Assembly: GCA_010093815.1 (NCBI GenBank)
Contig: ML996565.1
Strand: one strand, 5' to 3'
DNA: 64,000 nucleotides
Source: Pseudovirgaria hyperparasitica
Taxonomy: Eukaryota
The notes under the pieces are model-generated. The model did no database searches and was not told the DNA's origin. It saw nothing but the letters and a program-made list of their open reading frames with translations. Shown piece by piece: positions 1 through 13,180 of the stretch; the stretch's first letter is position 1, and the number at the start of each line of letters is the position of its first letter. The translations under genes and the position numbers were made by a program.

Positions 1-189
1 CTGTCTGTCTGTAGCCCTGGATAGATAATAAGCCCCACACAATGATAATGCCTTCTGCTGAGATGTTCTAGAAGGAAACGTGACCTCTGCCTGTTGACGG
101 ATGATTCCTTGCTGTTGCAGATGCTGACCTACTTACTTGCCTCAGTCATCAGTATCAGTGGCCCGTCTATTGGATAGGTAGTAGGTACG

Positions 190-1100
190 GTAGCTAAGGT
201 GGGCAGGCAGACAAGGCAGGCAAGGCAAGGCAAGGTAGGTCCCACGCTCCGGCCTTGCCACGGCAAACTTTCATTCATTCATTCATCACGAGTCATCACG
301 AGTCATCCATCACTCATCACAGCTCATCATCCCTCATCCCTCATCCTCATCCTCATCCCATCACCCACCCGTCACCCACGCGTCAAATTTCACATACATA
401 CCCATACACACACTTCCACACACTTCCCACACATACACACATACAACACCTCGTCTTCGTTCTCGCTCTCCTGCTTTGCTCCCACCCAACAAACACAGCG
501 TTCGTCAGAGAAAATTACCGCATCAAAAACAAAAACATGTCATCTCGGTTTCACAACTCACTCATTCAATTCCTCGGCCTTTTTTCTTTCTGCTGCTTCC
601 CTTCTTATCCTTCTTCTTATCCTTCCTTTGTGGACAACAACCAAAAAAGCGTGTACTACTACTGCTTACTTACTCACTTGACACGTACATGTGATGCATA
701 TGTATATATGCTGCTCCCTGTGGCCGTGCGTGCGTGCGTGCGAGGGATTATACGCCTACTACTACTCCTACTACCTCCTGCTTGCTCCTACTGCTCCTAC
801 TACTCCTGCTGCTACTCCCCAGGCCAGGGCTGTCAATATGACGTCAGTCAGCTAGGCCGACGACGACAGGTGCTGCAGCTAGACACACGGGCGGGGTAAT
901 TAGTAGTAGACCATCCAGCCTAGGGAACTGTGCGAAAACTAATCGTTTGCATCACCTGCTTCAACATTACTACCCTACGATCTACAATACTCATAGCTAC
1001 CTAACCTACTAATATCGCGATGCCACAATAAACCCCATCCTACGACGCGTGAATCCTGCGACATATATCCATCCATCCATCCGTCCGTCCGTCCATCCCA
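190..1100. repeat. Microsatellite/low-complexity tract (AGGC/AAGGC, CAT/CCTCAT, CA, GCGT, CTA/CTC, CATC/CGTC repeats)
   Basis: Visible short tandem repeats, e.g. caaggcaaggcaagg near 220-235, ctcatcctcatcctcatc near 340-357, gcgtgcgtgcgtgcg near 728-742, catccatccatccgtccgtcc near 1070-1095. These explain the spurious ORFs here. Confidence 0.8.
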
Positions 1101-1589
1101 CTTTTTGCCATGTCCCTCCACACCCAAACGTCATCATGTCCGCTGTTTCGCTACATAAAAAACACTCTCCCACACGTCCAACAACGGCGGCCAGAATAAA
1201 ATAAAATAAAATAGAAACGCCTACGCCCGGCCCGGCCCACACCGTTAATAAAGCACTGTTTCAACACTAGCTACCTATCAAAAAAAAAAAACCAAATCGT
1301 GTCACTGGGGACTGGGGGGGTATCTCATAGAATAAAAGCAGATTCGCACCGTCGCTAAGAAAGTATTGCCAAAACGGGCGTATTCGTTATTGTTGGTGGT
1401 GGTGGTGGTGTCGTATGGTATCGTGTCGCATTAAGAAAAGAATTTCAAGGAAAAACACTCATGTCTGTCCAGAGTCGGCATAGAGGTGCATATAGCCAAT
1501 AGAAAGGTGATAGATCCGGCTTTGGCATCAATGATCAGTAGAGACCGTAGTTGCTGCGGCTGTTGACATCCGACAGCTACAACTTTCCA

Positions 1590-4500
1590 TCAGTACGGGC
1601 CCATGTCGCCCGCCAACAGGACATCCAGCATGTCATACCCGCCAATTTCCGTCCCGTACGCAGTCTGCGTCACGTCCGCGCCATTGCTGTTCACAAGATT
1701 GTCCAGCGGAAGAGCAAGCCAAGCGCCAGAGTCATACGCATCACTTGCACTGTCGACGCTGAACGGAAACGCGTTTTGTTGCACGTTGTTAAAGTTGCTC
1801 TGCTCGTAGCCGCTGCTGTATGTCGGAGGCGGGACGATGGTAGCCGCGTTATTGCTGGTGGGGTCATACGTTTCGGTGGAAATGCCGTATAGCGGATTTG
1901 TTTGGTTGTTGGGCGTGGCCCAGCCACTGATGTTCTGCATTGACGGACTCTGGCTGCCCATCATGGGAAGACTATGATTGTTGGTATAGCCGGTCCAGCC
2001 CACGCTGTTTGATCGGACCGGCGGAGGAGGCATCATTGGAGTCTGCTCGCGTCCCACTTGTTGTGATCCTGGCGTAGCACCCCGGCTGCTATCATTGCCT
2101 CCTCCTGACGGGAGCCGGACGAATCCGTTCTTGATGCGCTGTGTGAGTGAGCTTAGCAGCTCCGCAAATCTATTGCCGACATGTACATCATCCACAATAC
2201 ATCCGGCCAGCGCCTCAGAGGCACGATCCATCAACCCTAGAGAATTACTAACATCCCTTTCAGAGGCGCCCAGCGCGAACGTCTTGAGTAGTATGATTGC
2301 AACAGACACTATTCTGAAGAATGTTCGCACTGGCGCGTGCTTGAGAGCATCGTTTGGCAGAAGATGATCGACCACGAGCGAGAGTACCGTTCGGCAGCCC
2401 TCGATGGTCTCATCGACGTACTGCCGGTCATTGCCAGTCCATTGTTGCAGAACGCTAAATGGAATAGCACCGCCATCAGCCGTATTGGCGCCATTTCGGT
2501 TCTTGGGCGCATTGTGGGTGCATCGATCAATCACAGCTTGGAGTGCAAGCGAGTTGATGTATACCCTGCTGTACTCAATCTCTATGATTAGGACACATCT
2601 CATACGCGGAGGAACTGGCTGCGTCAGTTGATATGCAGACTCTACGCCTGGAGCCAGACTTACTCGCGGTACAGCTATCGAATTCTCGGCGCCACGCGTG
2701 CAGAATGGGACGGAAATATTCGAGGACCTCTACATACCGCCCCGAACTGATAAGCTCTCGTGTCTGTCGGCGGGTGGCGAATAGCTGAAGGTTCCCAGCC
2801 TCAAAAGTTTTGGCTACATCGGACCAGTATCGTACAACCCTATCCTGTATGGCATGTCGATTCATGCCATGCGTCGGAGTGGGCGACTGTGGCATCAACT
2901 CGGCAGCTGCCGGACGAAACACCGATGGCGAAGTCATCTGTGCTGCGGTGTAGGTGGCCAGCTGGCTCAGTGCCGGTGCTTTGGCAATTGAGGAATTGCC
3001 TTCCATTCTGGGAAGCATTGCCGTCAGTCCCAGCCGGCCACTAGTCTGAGTGGAATACACCACGAGGAGAGTCTTGAGTTGGTTCTTGCGACGGATATAC
3101 GTTTGGGCTTCTTCTTGCGACACCGGCCTTGAGATGTTCTCCGAGAGGTACTCTTGGTCGCTTGCTTCGTTGAACACTCCTATCTCGAACGCCAAAGACA
3201 TGGCGATACCCAAGAGCATCCAGCAGATACGATCGCTACGCCAACAAGGCTCAAGCCATGCGTCGATGCGTCCGCCCCCGACGCCTTTCAGCAGGTCAGA
3301 TTGAAGTAGGCCTGCATCACTTACATCGGGGCTGCTTGGTGTCTGATCAGGGAGCAGAAGCTCGTCATCGTCGTTATTCGGAGGAAAGTGTAACGCACGG
3401 GGATGCCATTCAGTCAAGAGCATCAAACTCTCAACCGCTCCAAGAGTTCGCAACCCCTTCCGAGTCAATGGATTGATCTCGTTGCTCGGCTGGCCGCCAG
3501 CTCCACAAAATCCCCCGCCAAACTGCTCCTGGCCCCATATCAAGCGTGAGAGCATACTTTGCAAGTAATCCCAAAGCTTCATATGGATTTGGTACGGCCT
3601 CGAGACGGAACCTGGACCAGGCAGTTTCATGTACCGTGAGGTGATCGTCAGAAGCGTCACGAGAAGCACAGGCTCATCTGCTAGCAGCTTCGGGTGCGTA
3701 CTATGCTCTTGGTAGTCTGGGACGATTATTGGCGTCAATGGGGACAAGTGTTCGTAGAAGTAATCAATGTAAGCGATGCCCTCCTGTGCAGTGAAAAGAC
3801 CGCCACGCACGAACTTGAGCCTCGACCACGATCGGAGTGCTTTCTGGTACGTGACATTGTCCAGAGACTCCTCAAGACCATATGTCATGTCTGGACCAGC
3901 GCTTCTTGGTATGTTTCCAGAAGTAGGTCCCGTCGTTGCAGCGCTTTTACTTCCAACTGTGCGAGGGCTTGTCAAGCTTGCAGTTCCTGGTGAAATACCA
4001 CCTGAATTTCGAGGACGATGCATGTTCATGCTTCCCGAACTGCCTGTCCGATGATGTTGTTCAATATCCCCATTCCGACCTGCAGCTTCAAACAGTAGGT
4101 TCAAAGCGTCATGTCCATTGAAGACTTCTCGATCTTGTAAAACCACTTGTGGCTCTGGACTATGAATATCATCATCCTCGACTTTTGGAAATGGGGGCCG
4201 ACTTCCGTCTTGCGTAGGGCGTCTCAGAGGCTGTGGTCGTCCCAACGATCCTCCAGGCGTCAGAGGGCGGGGTATGTTATTTGGGACATACATCGGTGTC
4301 TCCAGCATTGGCGCAACATGCTGCGCCGTTGGTGTGAGGCTATGCGATGGTCTTGCCTTCTTTCTCCCATTGCGAACCTCATAGTCTGACACTTCACCAT
4401 CATCCTCGTCCGCATCCTCACTTGTCTTCCGCTTGCGCCTGGTAGCACTGAAATAGCATTCCTTACTCTCACGGCGACATCGCGTGCATGGTGGATCGTG

Positions 4501-4739
4501 AGGATTATCCACTGGCCCTAGGTCACACCGGACCTAAGCGAATGTTAGTGGTATGTAGGCCAAAGTTCAGCTTCATGTACCTTCCGGCGTCGGCATGGAA
4601 TGCACGCTTGATAGGTTCTCGTATGCGGAGCTGGACCAGAGCGAGGACCAGATGATTGTGCACCAGCGGTAGCAGCAGTCTGTGGAGGCTCAGAACTGCC
4701 CGAGCTGGTCTGGTATGCAGCCATGGGCGACGTTGACAT
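1590..4739 (-). CDS. ARO80: Zn(II)2Cys6 transcription factor, Aro80/HmgR-like
   Basis: Splicing introns 4534-4580 and 2615-2663 joins ORFs into [34 protein letters not shown] (Zn2Cys6) plus a fungal TF middle region with WGQEQFGGGFCGAG, LTEWHPRALHFPP and SDRICWMLLG, motifs I recognise from Aro80-family proteins. Confidence 0.85.
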
Positions 4740-6363
4740 GGAGCGTTATGAAGCTCGGCTTGCGCCGGGTTAAAAGCGTAAAGCCGGTACTTGTGCGATG
4801 ATAGTTCACTGTGGGAATGGGTGGCGTATCTTTGCGCGCTGAGGTAGATTGAGATAGTTATATATATAAGGTAAGGTGAGGTATATACATGAAAGAGAAG
4901 ATGTGAGAGTTAGAGGGCAAGAGGAGAATGAGAATTGGTGGTGGTGGTGGTGGTGGTGAGGACTGAGTCGAGGGGTGAGGACGAAGAAGCGTGACGATAG
5001 CTGAGTGCGGGCAGGCTTCCCGACTACTACTACTACCACCACCAACTTAGGCTGCACTAGTACCTCTTCACGCGCCACAAACAACCAATTATCAGTCCCG
5101 AGCCACCGCTGTTACGTTTTTGCCCATCAATTCCCCAGACTTTGAAGATCAACCGATGCTTTACCTTTTCAAAGAATCATTTAGCTGATGTTCAGGCACT
5201 GCAGAAGCATCCCGTCAGCCTCAAGCGTCTCGACTAATAGTGCAACCAAGGCTACTGCGCCTTCGATTGACGACTTTACAATATGGCCTTCCGTATCAGG
5301 CCTAGTCGCCTTCTAGAATCCTGATACAAGAACGCCTTCTCACCAACATGCCCCCCTCCCCCACTCCCAAGGCTGCTCACAATATGTCCAAATGCCATAA
5401 AAGCGGTCGACACTATTAATCACTATTAGCTCCCTTCCCCAACTTTCCATTGCCATCTTGAAATGGTTCCCGTCTCTTATACTCACTAGCCATCTTCAAT
5501 CTGGCAAAAGCTGCGATACCATCCAGACTGCGCAAGGTGTGAGGCATTTTATCTGATATCGTCTCCACGATAGGGTGGAGTCTTCAACCATCTCCCTTCC
5601 TGTCTTTCATCTGCAAGTTTGCATGACTGTAGAAGGGGGGACGGGCTAGCCGATGCATAGAAGCCTGCCAGGCCCGCAAGTATCTGCCTTTTCCCTTGGC
5701 ACCAGATCATTCCGGAGCCCTTCCTGACTGTCCCGCTTGAATCCTTAGACTCTTCTTCTTTGCATACAGAGCACGATGTGGAAGGTGTAGACAGATCGAC
5801 ATACCTGCATCCCATCTGTGATCTGTTGCGCTTATTACTACTCTTTAGTATCATCGGTCCACGATCACGAACAATAGTTCAACCTCTCTCAATTGAACTT
5901 ATTGGCAGTCCAGCAAACTCTCACCACTGGCCGTGCAGCGACAGGGTGTGCTTGTCATTTCTTCTGTGGTTTGCTGGCTTTCGCGCTGCGAGACACGAAC
6001 GGGACACACTGCGCGCGCTGGTGGGCACGGACAATTAGATCGCCCTTTGATCTTATTCAACAGGGGACGCATTGCAGAAAGATAAGAGCGTATGGATCTG
6101 GAAGCACTTCTCGGCCGTGATGAATGAATGATACAAGTGCACTGTCATTGGCCAGGAAACTCTTCATATTACTTTCGCGTCAGCCTTGTCAGTAGCTATG
6201 AACGTTCTATCACATGTGTCACATGCTGGTGGGCGAACAAAGCGTGGTTGATGCACAACGTTGTGGTCTGATGCGTAGTTGTCAGGTTATATCCTTGATA
6301 GCTTGATTTAGAGTTCTATTTAATATAGCCTGGCACCTGAATTCCAAGGCCACGTGAGGCTAT

Positions 6364-7541
6364 CTATTCATGCCTCAACGGGCTCTCAAGTTGTTTCACC
6401 GAAGCAGGCATTTCCGTATGGCGTTTCCAGGCGCTTCCGCCGTGGAAGCTAACCAACGGCAACATCTTGGTTTGCACCTTGCTTGTGTCCCGCTTGAGCG
6501 GCGCATCGTAATCCACAGTGAATACTGACACTGCAGACTGGCATCCACTGTTGACAACATCGGTCTCACCAGGAAGACGGCAGTCACCATTAATGCATCT
6601 GTTCACACCTTCGCCAAGGAAGTTCGCGTAGGTGAAGAGTCCTGTAGTCTCGTTTCGTACCGCCTTGTCGGTGAACGCACCTCCCGTCATGCGCGTCTGG
6701 ACAAATGGTGGATTGATGCATGAATCGTTGGTGAACGAGGTAATCGGAGGATAATTGACGTTGATGCCATAGCCGACAGGCAGAATACGCTCCCCATGAT
6801 TCGTGCTCTTGATGAGCTTCTGAACCAAGTCGACGGTAAGCTGGGCAGAGATCGTTGCTGGATCCTTCAAGCCTGCTTGGGTGGTTTGATTCACCCATTT
6901 GTAGTATCTTTGTCCGCCATTGGGCGCAGCGGAGAATGCAATCGCAGGGATGCCACGACCAACAGCAGCATACGTAGCTCCCATTGTACCTGATAACGTA
7001 TATAAAAAGGGTCCCAAGTTTTGTCCTACGTTGGGACCAGCTACCAGCAGGTCGGCAGTCACATTGGGACCCCAAATCTGTGGAGCAACATAATCCAATG
7101 CAATAAACGTGCAAGCAGCTGGAGTACCATTGTAATACCAAATGTGGGAATCAGACGGGTCGGAGCCTAGGGAGGGTTGACCAGCGGCAACAGAGTCAAA
7201 TTCGCCGTTGGTCACAAGAGTTCTGGAAGTCGTGAAGACAGACTGGAAAGGGTCAGTACGCTCAGTAGTTGATGGCACGGTGCAACACGACGTACACGAC
7301 CTCCTTGTCCAGAGTTGTCCACAACTGGAGCGACCATGATGACGTCGTTACCGGCTTCTTTGAGAAGACGGTAGGTTTCGCGAATGTTCGCACTCGCCCA
7401 GCCTATATGCTCTTAGCTGATGAAAGTGTTTCCAACTCTTCCGGACTGACCATCATCGTTCCCAAGAATGATCTTGGCTGCGCTCGAGGCTTGAGAGAGT
7501 ACCAAAGCTCCAAGAACTGTCCAACTGATGGAAAGCCGCAT
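6364..7541 (-). CDS. Secreted SurE-like 5'/3'-nucleotidase / acid phosphatase
   Basis: ATG at 7541 gives a signal-peptide-like MRLSISWTVLGALVLSQASSA, then GNDDG (across an intron), APVVDNSGQG, NGTPAAC, GPNVGQNLG and SGTMGA, which are SurE family motifs. Two introns near the 5' end. Confidence 0.88.
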
Positions 7542-8183
7542 CCTGAACGCGTGCAGAAGCCAATTGAGAATAACAAAATCGAACCAAGCTTGACACGAGC
7601 TTCATAAAGAGAGCTGCAGCAGAGCAGTTGTTCAATGGGGTGTGGAGCCGCATATTTAAACCACCGAGCTCCACCATCTACCGTCCATCGCAATGATCGC
7701 ATTGTCTATCCCAATTCCCGGAATAGGGCTCCCAGGAACAGAGCGAATGAGAGTTAGCGATAAGAGCCATGTTATCAGGCCTCTAGCGAAGGACTTGTTG
7801 TGGCAAGGCTCGGGGTAAAATGATACAGAGAATTTGATTTGCTGCCTTTTTAAGCGGTCTGGCTTGGCACCGGCCTACCCCGATGTTGTCACGTTCCAGG
7901 CAGCAGCCAATTGAACGGCACTTGGTACGGTAAGAGTGGATCTTGTGGCACAGTAAAGAGTAAGTCAACCCATGACACGGCATAAGACACTAATATAGAA
8001 AGTCTTTGGGTATCTCCCGAGTCTCCACAGCGAAAGTTCTCACACCGCTTGGATCAAGCCAAGCATGCGTGTCATCAATCAAATATCAATACCGAACAGC
8101 AACCCATCTGACCGTAGGAGGTTTGTTCAGTTCACCACTCTAGTCTTGACGAGGAGATGTCTGAATCACTTAGTTGGATTGAC

Positions 8184-11100
8184 CTAAGGATCGTATTCTA
8201 GGACTAGAGATGTTGGATAGGGGCACTCGCGTGCGTCCGCATCGATGAAAGATCGTATCGGCACCCCAAAGACGTTATTCTCCACCACGCAGAATCGACC
8301 TCTAGGTCCAGCTGCCCTCCGAACATTCTTCAACCTGAATACCTCTCTCAGCACGGCCATGAGAGTGTATGCAATACATCTGATACCCGATTCGGAGAGC
8401 GTTCCGGGACCGAAAAATTGGAATCCTTGAGTTGTCCGGTCGGGATGAATCTCTAGCGGATCCGGATAGACCGAGGGATCTACAGCGGCTTCCGAAGTCA
8501 CCACGAAAACCTTGTCTCCAGCGGTCACGTCCACAGTTTTGCCATCGTCATCCATCAGGCTCATATGACGAGTGATAGTCCGGACGAAACCTGGCACCGC
8601 ACCACAAAGTCGCACGCATTCATACACGTAGCGGAGCAACTCACTTGTCGACTCCCCTTCCCCCATATGCACCAGCTCCACAATGCGATTCTTGGCCTTT
8701 TCGTGCTTAGGACTAAGAAGTAGATCGATGATATACGCCGCGTAGTTTGTCATATTACCAGCGAGTGAGGCGGCCATAGCTATCCAGTCCGCAGGCAAGT
8801 CTGCAGGTGATATTGAGGATTTCCCAAGCGCGCAATAGAGACGGACTGCTTCCGCACTGCTCTCGAATGCGGTGTCACGCGCAATCCAGGACGTCAGGGA
8901 GTCAAGTGACATACGATGGATCTTCAAGTGAGATTCGACTATAGTTTCGAGCTTTTCCACAGCTTGAGTCACGACCTCGCGAGAACACCATTCTTTCTCT
9001 GGAGTGTTATTCAGTGTCTGATGTGCGAACATGCCAAGCAGCATTTCTCGCAACTCATCTTGCGTGTGAAGACCGACCGCGCTCTTGTCTGCTTTGATAG
9101 GCACTGCAAGTTTCTGTGCAATCCAGTCTATCGGCACTCTGTTCGTAACGTCGTTGACAATGTCTATCGATCTCTTCCCACCGTTGAACTTGTGCGATCT
9201 TTCTTGGATATATCTGCGCACATGGAAGCGTACAAAGCTCAAAACTTTGATCTCGAAGCCTTGTTCGAAGAATGCCCGATTGAGAACTTGATCTCGCACT
9301 ATGTGTTTCTCTGTGGCGGCACTAGTGGCTCCAGTATGACGTCTTGCTGGCCAGTTCCAGATGACATACCTCTCACTATCTTGAAATATTGCGTTACATG
9401 ACTGGTGTTTTCGAAGAATTATTGGGAGTCGGTCTGACAGCGGACGCTCAATGCTATAACGCGATAGCTCGTTTCTACCTTCAAAAATCTTCATCGCCGC
9501 CGTGGGTGTGTAGAATGGCATGAGTCCATATAGTGAAGTGCCGTCAAGTTCACTTGGCAACGCTCTGAGCATCAATCCTGGCAAGAAGAAACCACCGCTT
9601 CCTGGTTGTCGCTCTTTCAACTTGGAGAATCCCCAATTCGTGAGAGAGGTGGAGTTGAAATTATGACTTAGGAATCGATCTCCACGAATCAGTGCCACCG
9701 CGTCGTTGAGCAGGCCACGTCCCATCGTTTGTCCAGGGCAGAGACCGCTACCGGCTGTCGCAGGTTTAGTCTCTTCAGCCATGAGACCAGGATAAAGCTC
9801 AAGACTCTCGATATTGCCGTAAAGTGTTTCTGCAGCATGAGCAACTGCTGTGTCCGGATTCCACTCTGTAAAGCTTTTGTAAGGCTTCAAATGAAGGTAT
9901 CGCCTGAATCTATTGCCACGGCATCAGCTACAGAATTCCAATCGTGAATAGTGGTGAGGTCTTACTCGTTCATAGTACACGTCTTGAAATGTTCGCGTGC
10001 CTGGATCTGTCCAAGAACTTCGACAATCTTAAAGCTTGCAGGACTGCCATGTGCTCCAAACGCATGGGCAGGTTCTTCAATGCAATCTTTCAGAATGTTT
10101 CCCAATGCTTTGTCGCAAAAGCTTCCGTCTGGGCCCCTCTCAAGTCCACCAAACGTCCACTCCTTACAAGGAATTGAGTTCAATGCCGAGGCTCGTTTGG
10201 CCAATATCCCATGCAGCATTTCTGGCGTTAATTGCTCTTGCGAAGTTAGCTGAGGCGCTGCTTCACTCATAGTCTTCTTCATCCACTCATCATCGGCTGC
10301 GCTAACGCATGCGTGCCATCGATATAGAACAGAGAACTCGACTGAAACGGTATTGCCACTGCCTCGCTCAGTACGCTTGGTCCCTTCTTTCATCTCTTGG
10401 CCTAGATCGAGCCACCAGTCTGAATTAGCCCGCGTTGTATTGAGGATTGCAGCAACGTAATCTCGAAGGACGACGCTCGCAAGATAGCCTACGTTGATAT
10501 TTCTCGCGGTTTGGAATATGTCTTCGTCTTGCCTGAACAGCGACTTAGTATGCAAAAACAGATAGTGAAGGACAGGATTCAAACCAACCATTGTTTCTGG
10601 TCTTTGTCTAGGTCCTTCCAGGAACCGTACTTCCCTTCCTCGTTTATCTGTAGCAGGTTCTCCGCAATACGGTTATGGTTACGCGAGAATAGAAGTAGCA
10701 CAGTAGCTACTCCAGGCGGCATCATCAAGAGCCTTTTCGAGGCAAAAGTATCCGGATAGATCCTCCCGTTCTCGAACGTCCGCACATCGTGTTGCTCTGC
10801 ATCCGAGTTACCGTATAGCGTGCTCAAATCCACGTAACTCGACGCCTCATTTCGCCACGGCTCCTTGTACGATGACTGGAAACACTCATGGATGACGATT
10901 GTTGCAAAAGAGAAAAAGAGCCTATTCAAGCCCGATGGATGAGCACGGAACGGTCCGTTTCGGACTAGCAGGGCATCAAAGACAAGTTCCGGGTCTGGTA
11001 GGATATGGCTTCGGGGCTTGCTAGGTGCCACGTTTCGCGCATATGGTGAGCCTGCTTTTCCCGCCATCGGCATCCAAGGATTGTTGCCGCTCGCATCTGG

Positions 11101-11487
11101 ACGGCGGTATCGAGACTCGGGTCCAATTAAAGTGGCAGATGGATGGGGTACCTCGTGCCAGAGTAGACGTATGAATGCGGAAGATATTGTGGCATTCGCC
11201 GGGCTATTAGATGGCAGATCTTGCAGAAGCGATACGATGCCTTCGAGTAGTAAGGCCCGGTCGTCAATAGGCTGTCCAGAGACTCTGCTCAAAAGTACCT
11301 GGAATATGGTTTTCGCATTTTGAAAGGTCTGAGACCGCGCATACGAAGGCTGCTTGATGGCAATATCTTCTACTCCTTTTGTGCGAGTTCGCGAGGGGAA
11401 GACAAACTCTCGAAAGATACTGAGGATATTGTAGAGGAGAAAGTAAAGACTCTGCGCAATGAAAGCGCAGTTCTGACGGTATGTCAT
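8184..11487 (-). CDS. Fatty-acid dioxygenase (heme peroxidase)-cytochrome P450 fusion, Ppo/linoleate diol synthase family
   Basis: Three ORFs joined by two introns. The DOX domain has YRRPDASGNN, FATIVIHECFQS, SSYVDLSTLYG, YRWH and ELYPGL. The C-terminal P450-like domain has ExxR (YECVRL) and PDR. The true start is uncertain. Confidence 0.88.
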
Positions 11488-13180
11488 ATTCTCAAAGACA
11501 CCAATTTACTGCTCTCAAAAGTTAGTCAGATGACGGACAGTAATATTGAGAGAGTGGTCATGTTTATAGACATGCCTCTAGCGTATGATCGTTTTCTAAA
11601 TCCTGATTTTACGCTTCTCTTGACAACTTAGCTCTATGGAGCCATTGATGCTCCGCTGATGACTCGTGTCATCTGATATGAAGCTACATATACTATACTA
11701 TAGAGGAGATTTCTTACGATCGTGATTACATTGATTGATCTCACGTCAGGCATCGATCTTTAGTGATAGTATCTATAAGCTTCAAGCAAATGATGATTTG
11801 ATGCTTTGAACCTCCCTGACTCGACCTACATGCACCAACAGCAGCACCGAATGCTCCGTCTACTACAGTGATGGTTGCACATACCTTATAGAGGTATGAT
11901 GCCATGTCCCCTGCACACATTGCATAGTACTATGGTACTCGTGTTGATTTTAAGTGGGTACTTCTGTCTTGGCTTTACGGTCAGTGCTTAATTACACGCG
12001 ATGCTCTACTTCGGGCATACTCTAAACCTTGATAAGTATAAAGGCTCTGGCCTAATCGTATGTGACTTAGACTTCTCCCAGTCGCCTACCTAACCGGGAA
12101 ATACCCTTGTAATTTAGAATTAACCGCCCGTGTGCCATAGTATAGATACATGTCCACAGTACACATCCTTGTACGTTGTACATATGGCTAATCGGGCGTC
12201 TAAATACCCTTGCATATGAATCCCTCGTTCCTCGTGTGCGAGAAGTGGCCACCGGGCATATTTAGTTCTTAGCCTTGAGCTACTACTCAGACTAGATACA
12301 GACTTGATTTACGGCCGAACGCCACCTTCTTGCAGGATCTTCAAAAATTTCATATATTTAATTCTGGGTACGGGTCGATCAATAGAGGTCCCGACCATAC
12401 AACGTGGTACTCAATAGAGCTATATAACTAACATGAGTTCACAAAAGCTAGCAACCTGAAAGTATCTTATGGTTGTGGCATATCTGAAATATTCACTACG
12501 TATGCAATGACATGTACGCAGCTTAGTTCTCTAATGTAGCTAGTTTTATAGTCTAATTTTGCCACCGATGTCACGACAAATATGTGTGATTGATAAATTC
12601 GATTCAGGCTAACCCCCGTCCATCACGTAATACTATTCGATTATTGAGTTGATATATGAATAGTTGCATATATAACATCTAAAGTACTCATAAAGAGAGT
12701 TATCTTACAGTGGGTAAACAAGAGCAGTCCCGTAGTCAATCAAGCTGATGTTAATGATCTTATAATGTCCAAGTATAGTCATGACCAAAACAAAGAAGAA
12801 ACTACCCTTCTATTTATCATTTACGTATATCATTTCAAGTACATTTCAATATCTAGAACATTGTACTATAGAATATGGTATTATTTGGTCGTAGGGATTC
12901 AATCTACTGTTAAATGCAAGGAGTACTAAGATGACACAAGAAGCTCCGGCCTTCCCTAGCCTCTGGTAGACGGGGGTGGAGAAGTGGGGCCTGCATGGCA
13001 CTGGGTATGTCTCGTAGCCAAAGTTTGTCGTAAAAATCATTCGTTGTAGAGCATCTTGAGAACTGTGGTTGGCTGCATGCTGTAGAAGACGCCTACTCAA
13101 AGCTCTTCGATAAGTTGTAGCAGCCAGAGTCAGTCTTTTGACAGTAAAACACAGACGAAGATTATCCTGCGGATGTCACA

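Noticed and set aside
199..899. 160-aa and 214-aa plus-strand ORFs rich in His, Ser, Cys and Tyr
   Set aside because: They are translations of microsatellites with no family motif. A small gene from the ATG at 537 cannot be fully excluded.
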